From Malacoraja senta (taxonomy: Eukaryota): a stretch of DNA of 64,000 nt. A model generated the notes under the pieces. It saw only the letters and a list, made by a program, of their open reading frames with translations, searched no databases and was not told the DNA's origin. Of this stretch, positions 13,201 to 25,200 are shown in pieces; position 1 is the first letter of the stretch; each line of letters begins with the position of its first letter. The stretch covers positions 27,530,001 through 27,594,000 of the forward strand of contig CM075987.1 of assembly GCA_038087875.1 (NCBI GenBank), read 5' to 3'. The position numbers were made by a program, and so were the translations under genes.

Positions 13201-16200
13201 TATTATCTTAAAGTTTTTTATATGCATGTTATTATATTTCAGTTTAGTTTATTGTCACAGTGAAAAGACTGAGTGATTCTTTTGTATTATTCAGGTGACT
13301 CAAAGAACAAATGCTGGGCCCGCAGTCATGGAGGAGACTCCAGTAAGTGCTTGCATAACCTGCAACTTTGTTCAGTGTCTGATCAAATGTTTTAAAAAAA
13401 CACCCTGAGCACTTTGGAGTTTAAACTGGGTAGAATTCACCCTTGGAATTTGTTTTTCTTTTAACCTAAGCAAAGAATTTCAGGAAATTTCACATTTCAC
13501 CGAAATTTCATATTGAAACTAGGAAAATTTGTTTCAATATATTCTGAAATTGAAGATGTATGTTCTCATTTCGGAAATCTAAGTCAGTTACAATCAAAGA
13601 ATTAATACAATCTGAAATGATTTTTTTCATAAAAAAGATTATCATCCAGATAAAAATTAAATTAATCATATAAAGGTACTTTGTTGTATAATGTGCAAAT
13701 TAATCTAAATGGATAGATGTGCAAATGAATGATAATAGACAATAGGTACAGGAGTAGGCCATTCGGCCCTTCGAGCCAGCACCGCCATTCAATGTGATCA
13801 TGGCTGATCATCCCCAATCAGTACCCCGTTCCTGCCTTCTCCCCATATCCCCTATCTTTAAGAGCCCTATCTAGCTCTCTTGAAAGTATCCAGAGAACCG
13901 ACCTCCACCGCCCTCTGAGGCAGAGAATTCCACAGACTCACAATTCTGTGAGAAAGTGTTTCCTCGTCTCCGTTCTAAATGCCTTACCCCTTATTCTTAA
14001 ACTTTGGCCCCTGGTTCTGGACTCTCCCAACAGCAGGAAACATGTTTCCTGCTTCTAGCGCGTCAAAACCATTAACAATCTTATATGTTTCAATAAGATA
14101 GCCTCTCATCCTTCTAAACTCCAGAGTGTACAAGCCCAGCCGCTCCATTCTCTCAGCATATGACAGTCCCGCCATCCTGGGAATTAACCTTGTAAACCTA
14201 CGCTGCACTCCCTCAATAGCAAGAATGTCCTTCCTCAAATTAGGGGACCAAAACTGCACACAATACTCCAGGTGTGGTCTCACTAGGGCCCTGTACAACT
14301 GCAGAAGGACCTCTTTGCTCCTATACTCGACTCCTCTTGTTATAAAGGCCAACATGCCATTTGCTTTCTTCACTGCCTGCTGTACCTGCATGCTTACTTT
14401 CATAGACTGATGAACAAGGACCCCCAGATCCCATTGTACTTCCCCTTTTCCCAACGACGCCATTTAGATAGTAATCTGCCTTCCTGTTTTTGATACCAAA
14501 GTGGATAACCTCACATTTAACCACACTAAACGTCATCTGCCATGCATCTGCCTACTCCCCCAACCTGTCCAAGTCACCCTGCATTCTCTAGCATCCTCCT
14601 CACAGTTCACACTGCCACCCAGCTTTGTGTCATCTGCAAATTTGCTAATGTTACTTTGAATCCCTTCATCCAAATCATTGATGTATATTGTAAATAGCTG
14701 CGGTCCCAGCACCGAGCCTTGCAGTACCCCACTAGTCACTACCTGTCATTCTGAAAGGGACCCGTTAATCCCTACTCTTTGTTTCCTGTCTGCCAACCAA
14801 TTTTCTATCCATGTCAGCACTCTACCCCCAATACCATGTGCCTTAATATTGCCCACTAATCTCCCATGTGGGACCTTATATGCTTTCTGAAAGTCCAGGT
14901 ACACTACATCCACTGGCTCTCCCTTGTCCATTTTCCTAGTTACATCCTCACAAAATTCCAGAAGATCAGTCAAGCATGATTTCCCCTTCGTAAATCCATG
15001 CTGACTCGGACCGATCCTGTTACTGCTATCCAAATGTGCGGCTATTTCATCTTTTATAATTGACTCCAGCATCTGCCCCACCACCGATGTCAGGCTAAAT
15101 GGTCTATAATTCCCTGTTTTCTCTCTCCCGCCTTTCTTAAAAAGTGGGATAACATTAGCTACCCTCCAATCCACAGGAACTGATCCTGTCTATAGAACAT
15201 TGGAAAATTATGATGAGAGAAAGGCCATCAGACCTGTTGCTAATCACATAACCTGCAACTTGCTCAATTAAAAACGGAGTAATTTCTGGTTTACTCAACT
15301 TATTTTCAGAAAATATTTTCAAATGGGAATGTGCTTTTTATACAAATATTTCATTTACAGACAGGAATGAATGACTTCCATTCAGACTATTTTGCTACGA
15401 TGAAGGAGGTTGGTCATGATTTATTTTACAGATTGTTATGACTGAATTCTACAAATTGTTTTAAGTATTATTTACAGTTTGTCACTGTTAAAATCCAATG
15501 ATATGCTTCTCGGGATTTAAGGCCTGACATTTAGAAAGCTTGAGCAAGAACATGTGAAACTGAAGCAGCATGCTACCTGTTCTGCCTTTCAATGAGATGA
15601 TGGCTGATCTTTTATTTCGTAATCCATTTTCTATATGATCTCCATAATATCTTGTTCCCTTTGATAGCTAAGAATCTTTTGATCTCTTTAAATATGATCA
15701 TCTTCCAATGTTGACTAGAAAAGTCCAAAATAAACCGATTCATTGTAGGAGAGAGGAGGCAATTTTCAACCAGTGCCTAATTGGTAATTTGGTCGATGGC
15801 AGAGTTTCAAGAATAGAAATCTTTTTGTTTCATCCACATCAATCATCTTCCCAGCCATTGTACAAGTTATTCAATTTCGATTCCATTGATTTCCTCAATG
15901 GAATCTGGTAAATGGCTCCCCTTATTGTCAAGATACTCTTTAAAGGCAGTTTCTGGAGCGCTTTTTCTGCTCTTTTCTGTTCTGCAGTATATGTAAAACT
16001 AAAGTGGGTGGTATCGTAGATAGTGAAGATGGTTATCAAAAATTACAGCAGGATCTTGATCAGTTAGGCAAGTGAGCTGTGCAATGGTTAATGGAATTTA
16101 ATGCAGATAAGTGCAAGGTGCGATCTTATAGCTATGTATAATATCACGAGAGGAGTAAATGGGGTGATTCCACACTTTTAACCAGAGTAAGGCAATCAAT

Positions 16201-19200
16201 AACCAGAGGCCATGGGTTTAAAGAGAGAGGGCTAAGATTTAATGGGAATCTGAGGGGCAACATTTTCCGCACAGTGGGTGGTGGGTATGTGGAATGAGCT
16301 GCTAGAGGAGGTAGTTGAGGCATGTACGATGACTACATTTATGAGTTGGACAGGTGAGACTCGTATAGATGGAGCATCTTGGTTGGCAAGGGTGTTGGGC
16401 TGACGGAACTGTTTCCTTGCTGTATAAATCTATGCAGGTGCATGGTTCCTTGAAGGTGGAGTCGCACGTAGATAAGGTGGTCAAAAAGGCTTTTGCACAT
16501 TGGCCTTCATCAGTCGAAGAGTATTAAGTATAGAAGTTGGGAGGTCATGTTGCAGTTGTATAAGACGTTGGTGAGACCGCATTTAAAGTATTGTGTTCAG
16601 TTCTGGGCACCATGTTATAGGAAAGATATTGTCAAGCTTGAAAGGGTTCAGAGAAGATTTACGAGGATGTTGCCAGGACTAGAGAGTCTGAGCTATAGGC
16701 AGACGTTGAGTAGGCTGGGACTCTATCCCTTGGAGTGCAGGAGGATGAGGGGTGATCCTATAGAGGTGTATAAGATCATGAGAAGAATAGATCGGGTAGA
16801 TGCACAGAATCTCTTGCCCAGAGTGGGGGAATCGGGGACCAGCGGACACAGACTCGAGGTGAAGGGGAAAAGATTTAATAGAAATCTGAGGATTAACTTT
16901 GGGTGGTGGGTGTATGGAACAAGCTGCCATAGGAGGTAGTTGGGGCTGGGACTATCCCAATGTTAGACAGGTACATGGATAGGACAAGTTTGGAGGGATA
17001 TGGACCAAACGCAGGCAGGTGGGACTAGTGTAGCTGGAACATGTTGGCTGGTGTGGGCAAGTTGGTCCGAAGGGCCTGTTTCTACACTATGACTCTAAAT
17101 GTTTTTACCGCCAAATTATTTTCTGCCCTTTCAAATTATTACTGTTTTCTGAAAGTTAAATAAAGAATTCAGCTGACTGCACAAAGACTAATTCCTTCAT
17201 ATTTTGTTCTTGGTATAACTTCAAATCTGGTCTGGTCATATATCCATTAAATAAATAGATTCTGAATGATGAGCTGCTGCTATCTCTTTTTAACTGAATC
17301 TGTGCAACAATTAATGGGCAGAGTGCAGGAAAACGTGTCCCAAAATCTAGTATGTATTATTACTTCATTTTGAACCAGTTGTTAGATCCGTCTTGAATGC
17401 TGCCATATAAAGTCTTTTTTAATTTATTATTCTAAAAAAGTCAATTAGTGGAATAGAACAAAAGTTAGCAGCTTTTGCTGTTGCCCTGCTTCCGGATACA
17501 TAACAAAATTTGTCAACATGAACACTTCAAGCTTGCGGTATATTTTACTTTAATTTAGAATTATTTTGTGCTTTACAGCCTGGATATAAAGAGATGGTGC
17601 CTGGAGTTAATACAAAGTGTGATAATGTTGAGGTAAATGCCAGATAAAATACTTTATAGATTGTTAGCTGCTTTTCATCTAAAAAAAAACCTCATCCTTG
17701 CTAAAAATCACGACTCTTCTGTTCGTTTAACAACCTGTCCACTAGTTTGCTTTTTTCATTTTAAATTCATATGAAATATTAAGATAATGGAAAGTAGTTA
17801 ATTAGTTTCATGACTGGATTAGCAAACTGTTGTAGATTAATGTTTTATAAATGTAAAGATTCAAGCTAATTGAACATAATATTCATCACATCAGATACTT
17901 TGAGATTAGCGTCTGAATTTAGTTATTCTAAGCTCATTGCTGTGCTTCATGGGAGCTGATTATAGCGACAATGGATTCCAAGTTAAGAGCAGATCTGCTG
18001 ATCCGTATGACTTTATCCGTCCAGCATGAAGATCAAATGTTTCTTTGCGTTAATATTAAGTATATCAGACCAAAACATGTTTTTCAGATGGATCAAGCGT
18101 TCCAAAAGATGGAACCAGCTGCAGAACCTGAACAACTTGCACAGGTAAATACGATGCAAAGATAAAAAGCTTTTGTATCAGTTTTTATTCATTCTGGATT
18201 TGAATGTTTGATTTTCTTTTAAATGTATGTACTCATGCAGCAGATTACAATTTAGGGAAACACTACAATCTTCCACAGAAGGCAAGATGCAGCTTGTTTT
18301 AAATTAAAACAATATTTGGGATAATTCCCTTCACCTCAAGTTATTCCAGGATTGTAACCAAGTGAATTGGAGTAAAGAAAATCTCATGTTTTTTTATGTG
18401 TACATTTGTGGAGATTGCAGGACCTTGACAAAGATCTTTGTATTTTCTCTAGTCACAGGCAAAGTCCCAAAGGACTGAAGAATTGTCAATGTTGTTCCTT
18501 TGTTTAAGTAGAGATAATCCAGGAAAGTATAGATCGGTGAGCCTCATAATCAGTGGTAGGGAAGCTATTGGAGATAGCACTGCCTTGCACCTTGACATCC
18601 TTTGTATTATTCTGACAAACAGGTGGATAATGAGATGTAGATTGACATGCAATTCCAACAGCCATAGTGTATTTGGACGGGGAATGCGCATTGACATCAG
18701 TTGACTTATCTTTCCAGTTTTCTTCATTGAACCATACTCAACCAGCTTCATGCTGTCAGGATCACCTCTGAAGAGTTACTGCTGGATTTGCTAGATGGGT
18801 AATGTTTCCTGAGATTCTGTAACAACAGAGAAAGCAAAGAACATTTGTATTCTTGATTCAATTAATTGACCAGCATACATGCAGTTAGATATGGATAGAA
18901 CATTCATAGGGAAAAAAGGTACAGTTATGATCCAGCCTTACTCACCTGGTTTATATCGAGGGTTGTGGCCTTTGTTACATTATCGTGTGTTAGTAGGAGG
19001 AGGACCTTCCTGCAGTTTAAGTGGAAGTGCCAGTTTCTGTTTGTTGCTTCAGGTACCTGTTGTGGGCAACTTTAACTCGGAAAATAAAGGGAAATTGGTG
19101 TCTGTGTATGTTTGATCGAGAATTGTGTGTGTTACTGAGAAGGCATAGGATAGTGGAGATTATTGGAGAGTAGCTGCAGTAGGTATCTGTGTAGTTGCGT

Positions 19201-22200
19201 TTAAAGTTGGCATTAATTAAAGAGAGCTCAAGGTGTCAAAGCACTAACCTGGCACATCTTGTTAGGTTCTGGATGTGTTTACAGCACTTCCCCAAGGTTT
19301 GGAGGCCCTGCTGAAGGCTATCACTGATCAGCTTCCGCCAATTGTATCTCTGCTGTGGAGACCCCTCTAAAGTTTAGTTTAGTTTATTGTCATGTGTACC
19401 AAGGTACAGTGGAAAGCTTTTTTGTTGCGTGCTAACCAGTCAGCAAAAAGACAATACATGATTACAATCGATCCATTTACAGTGTACACATACATGATAA
19501 GGGAATGACATTTAAGCTGCTGATAAAGAGAACATAAATCCTGACTTCACTTTTCCGGCCATAATGTTGAGCTCTGAATTTGGGAAGAGTGGGTGCACTC
19601 CCTCTTTTCCATTAGTTTCTCCCACTACTTGGGAATTAGTTTCATAAGGATTGTAATGATTACCAAACCCAACATGCAGCAACGTGAATTAATTGTGTCA
19701 AAGTTACAAACTTTACAGTTTAGCATCAGTCTGATTAGTGGACTGTAGTGAATTTTTAAAAATTGCCCAAAGCTTGACCTGTGAACAGAAATGTAAAATG
19801 TTTTAAAGAATAAAAGATTTCAACAAGTGAAGTTCCATTTTAAAGAAAAATTAACTCTTAAAAAGAGGAGTTACATTACTTCTCTATTTCAGATTGGAAG
19901 CATGGAGTCATTTGAATATACTTTCACTAAATCTAAAAGAAAGGTAACTATCCGTGCTTGCTGTCATTTAAGTACTGCTCATTTATATTTTCATTCTTTT
20001 TGTCTTTCAGAAGACTTTTCACCTTTTTAATTTATTTGTTCATGGAATGTGGAGCCAGCTTTATGTTCCTTCCCTCCTTGCCCCTGAACTGGGATGGAGT
20101 TAAGAGTTGTGTAGAAAGGAACTGCAGATGCTGGTTTATACTGAAGGTAGACGCAAAGTGCTGGAGTATACTGAAGTTGGAGTTACTCCAGCACTCTGTG
20201 TCTATCTGGAGTTAAGTATTAGTTGGTTGTCAAATTGGTTGTCTCAATTCATAAGGATTGTAATGATTACCAAATACTGAATAAGTATGGCAGATTTTCT
20301 CTTCTGAAAGATGTCGGAAACCAGACTGGCTTTAACAAGTCTGAAGAAGGGTTTCGGCCCGAAACGTTGCCTATTTCCTTCGCTCCATAGATGCTGCTGC
20401 ACCCGCTGAGTTTCTCCAGCATTTTTGTGTACCTCTGGCTTTAACAATATTGTGCTGAGGCTAGCCGTTTTTTAAAGATTCCAGACTTATTTAATTACTT
20501 GAATTTAAATTCTACACATGGCATAATAGGATTCAAGCTCAAACCCTGGATTGGTACAGTAGAAGTTATAGTCCTATCTTACAGTTTTGGCTACTTATTG
20601 ATTCTGATCTCCTGTACTATTCCTGTGGAATTTGCACATTCTTCCTGTGAGCTGTGGGTTTCCCCTGGGTGTTCCCATTTCTCCCACCACCTAAAGTGTG
20701 CTGATTACTACGTTAATTGGCCACTATAAATCGCACTCAGTGTAGTTAGATGGCAGGAAAATCGAGGAAGTGTTAATAAACGTGTGTGATAATAGATTAA
20801 CAGGGCTCTCTGCATGGCAGCAAAGGAGCATTGAGTCTGTGGCAAGAGAAATATGTCAATCAATGTTCCAGATCCCTCACTTCTGGTCCAATAACGAGCT
20901 TTGCTCTATTATTCTCGTGTTCACCTGTTTACTTCAAATTAAACAATATTACACTAAACAAAATTTGGATCCCTGAAATATGTTTTAAAATTAACTGAAT
21001 GGTTGTTTTCAATGTGGATAAGGGTATTAGCACAATACATCATATGAGTGCCAGGAAATTAGCTGAGCTCTATTTATCCTAATGCCTATAAATTGTAATA
21101 TGCCTTAAAGCTTGAACCAGAAGTTGTGTGTAGTACTTGCTCACTCCCACACAAATCTACCCCTGGCCTCTAACTATTTTGGGTTTAAATTGCAAACACC
21201 ATTAGTACATAATGTTTTTTAAAAATTATAGCAAATTTGTAACTCGTTTTTTGTTTTGTTTTAATATAGTCGTATTATGCAGAGGAAGAAATGAAACTTG
21301 TGGTGAAGGATAAGGCTGAGGTAACAATACAAATATTTTAAGCATGATAAAAACAGATAATCAGGAGCCTCTAATATATTTGCAATCAAGATAATCAATA
21401 AATTAATTGTGTAAATCTCTAAATTTGCAATTTTGCTATATTTTTCATTATTTTAATTATTTCTCCATAATATGTTGTCAGAAGAAAAACTTGCCATTGC
21501 TTATCTAGAATGGCTAATGTAATTTAATGTCTTCTAGATTTACATAATTCTTATAAATTTCACACCATTTTTTTACTTATCTTTTCTGACACGCGTCTTG
21601 ATTTTAAACTTTATCTGATGTGGGTTATAGTTCCATTAAGCAAACATGAACACTTTTATTTTAATGCAGATCGAGTGCAAGAACCAACAAACTAAATTTT
21701 CTCGAGAGCACTATCAGGTAAGCTTTACAGGACAGTATCTTGCGACAGTGTGACTCGACCACGGAGGACGCTGGAGCTCAGAAATCACCAAAGATGTCCC
21801 TTAGTTGAAAGGCTGAAGCTGTTGCTTTGAGAAGTTAATGAATGACATGGTTTTTAAAGGAAATTAGAGATGAGTGAAATCAAGATAGGACAGCCATTAT
21901 CTAGAATGTGGTTGCATCGAACAGTAGTTGGAATCAAATTCAATTTTTTATTTGGAGTGTCCTCAGACTGCTTTGTGTCTAGACTAGAACTATCATTATA
22001 CATATATATGCATTGAAGCAATCTACATCATGTACCCCACTGTTGCAGTTGTTTCCACACTGGTTTCTTTTTAAAAAACATTTGTCAATCCATTCTCCAT
22101 AAGCCTTCAAAGTTAAGGACAGCGAAGTATATTCACAATGAACATGATGTGGGGGAAATAAGAGTACAAATTAATGAAATTCTGAATTTTATTTAATTAG

Positions 22201-25200
22201 GGATTGGATGAGGACATTAAATATTCTGAGGAGCTGTTTGATGAAATCAATGATGATGATGATGACGATGACAGTACTAACCTGTAAGTACCATAATGTA
22301 ATTTAAGGTATAAATAAATGAGCAAAGTTCGAAAGCAATGTTGACTGCACACCACGCAAGAACATATCGTGCTACTGAGTGATACTAGGACAATGCTGTC
22401 CATCGGAGCGTTTGAAGAACTGTGGCCAACCATCTACATAACAGCATGATTGTTAGGGCAAAATGGTGAGAAGAACAAATGTATATTTGAGATAGAAACA
22501 GAGAAAAATAGGTGCAGGAGTAGGCCATTCGGCCCTTTGAGCTAGCACCACCATTCAATATGATCATGGCTGATCATCTAAAATCATTACCCCATTCCTG
22601 CTTTTTCCCTATATCCCTTGATTCCTTTAGCCCTAAGAGCTAAATCTAACTCTCTTGAAAACATCCAGTGAATTGGCCTCCACTGCCTTCTGCAGCAGAG
22701 AATTCAACAGATTCACAACCCTCTAGTAGATTATAAGGTAACAAATGCAGTGTTTAATATAGGAGGGAGAGAGAAAAGAGGGAACTGTACCTGTTAGCCT
22801 AAGTAATTGGTAAGAAAAATGCAGGGATTTATATTGAAAGGTGAAATAACAACATTGCAAGAAGAAGAATGTGAAATTATTATTTTTGTACCTCAGGAAA
22901 TTCGTGTTAGACTAATCTTTTGGAGTCTTTGAATAAGTGACTCATAGAATATATAAGGAAGATGCAGTGGGTGCGTTATATTTTTGGAAGGTTTTCTATG
23001 TGGTCCCCGTACAGGAGGTTGATGAACAAGGTTGGCGTATATGGAATTGGAGAGAGTACGCTAATGTCGATTGAGAAGTTGGTAATCAGATGGAAATCAA
23101 TAAGTGAGAATATCTTCTCGGTGTAACAGGGCACTGAAGAGTTTGTTGCTTGAGACCCAGTTGTTAGCAATCTATATCAATAATATTGTTGGGGGGAAAT
23201 GTCATAGTTCCATGTTTGCTGACAATACCAAACAAGGTAGGATTATGTGATGTAAGGGTATAGATTGGGCAGAAGGTGAACCAGCTGAAGGAGAGTGGGA
23301 ACCTGCCTGATGAATTATATATTTTAAAATGAGATCATCCATATAACACAAAAGCAGAGTATTTATTAAACAGCGAGAGATTGGGTCATGTTGATGTTTC
23401 AAGGGACCTGGATCTGCTTGTACATAAATCACTGAAGGCAACATGTAATTAGGAGGGCATATGTCATTTTAGTCTTGATGACAAGAGTGTTTGATTCCAG
23501 AAATAAGGAAGTATTATTACGTTTGGAGAGACCTTATCTGGATTATTGAGGCCTGCTTTGGTCTCCTTACCAAAGATTCAATGGACTAGTTTCAGGGATG
23601 GTAGGTTTGCTGCATGAGGACAGTTTAAATAGACTGGGACTGTACCTTCTAGAGTTTAGAAAAGTGAAAGGAGATCTCATCAGAACCTATAAAAGTCTTG
23701 AAGGGTTTAAAAGGTTGGATGCAGGGAGGATGTTTCACTTGACTGAGGGATATTGGACCTGGGACATAGTTTCAGAATAAGGGATAGGCTGAATAAGATG
23801 AAACATTTCTTCACTCTGAGGGCTGTGAACCTTTGGAATCCTCTGCCCTGGGTACTGCTGTTGCATTCATTCAAAACTGAGATTGAGAGGTTCTTGGACA
23901 TAAGAGCCTCAAGAGATTATGGTGACAATGCAGAAAAATGGTCTGAATGAAGATCTCAACGAAGACAGAGCAGGCTGAAAGGGCCATTTAGCCTTTCCTG
24001 TTCCTATTAGTTAAGTTATTATTGTGCTAATTAAAATAGAATGTCTTTAAATATTAGTTAAATTACCAAACGGCAGCTTCTAGGTTGTTCCATCTTTTGT
24101 ATACAGCCTCTTTCATCTAAATGCATTGGGAATTTTTACATTTAAAGCTTTTGGGGGAGCATCTTGTGAAGTCTGAGGAAAGTCCAGTGTACTGACTGAA
24201 TTTAGTCATGTACTTTTTTTGCACAATTTTGTGTATTTTTAGGGAGACAAGAACAATGTTGTGCCTACCATTCTTATGTTGGAGAAGGAGAAATAAGCAT
24301 GTGAAGGAGCAGAAGGTGAGCTACAGGCAAACATTTGTTTTTGTAAAATTACCTTTATTTCTCATGTTATTTTATTAAGTATTTATTCCTGTTTGAGTAA
24401 GGGTTTGAAATTTCCAGCAAATATATCATTGTGTGCAACAAAGCAATAAATCTCTAGTAGAATCAGTATATGATTATTCAGAAATCCTGATGATTTAGCA
24501 TCTGGTTCATGGAGTACAGGTTTTGCTGCTCACTTTCACTTGGGGGGCTATTTTCCATGCTCTCTTTAAACACGTTGGCTCTTTGATTTCCCCACTACCT
24601 TTCACTCACCAGGGCCCCAGTTTCTGCACCTTTTTGTTTAATTTCCTTGAAATTTACCTGGTTTTGCTCCCCACACTTCCTTGAATTTTTAGACACAAAG
24701 CTGGAGTAACACAGCGGGTCAGACAGCATCTCTGGAGAAAAGGAATTGGTGAAGTTTCGGATCGAGACCCTTATTCAAACTCGGCCAGAACAGTTCCTTT
24801 TCTCCTGAGATGCTGTCAGCGCGCTGAGTTACTCAAGCTTTTATTGTCTATCTTCGGTTTAACCAGCTTCTGGAGTTCCTTCCTACACACTTCCTTGAAA
24901 CTTTATTGGGATACATAGATACATAGAAAATAGGTGCAGGAGTAGGCCATTCGACCCTTCGAGCCTGCACCGCCATTCAATATGATCATGGCTGATCATC
25001 CAACTCAGTATCCCGTACCTGCCTTCTCTCCATACCCCCTGATCCCTTTAGCCACAAGGGCCACATCTAACTCCCTCTTAAATATAGCCAATGAACTGGC
25101 GTCAACTACCCGCTGTGGCAGAGAGTTCCAGAGATTCACCACTCTGTGTGAAAAAGTTTTTCCTCATCTCGGTCCTAAAGGATTTCCCCCTTATCCTTAA

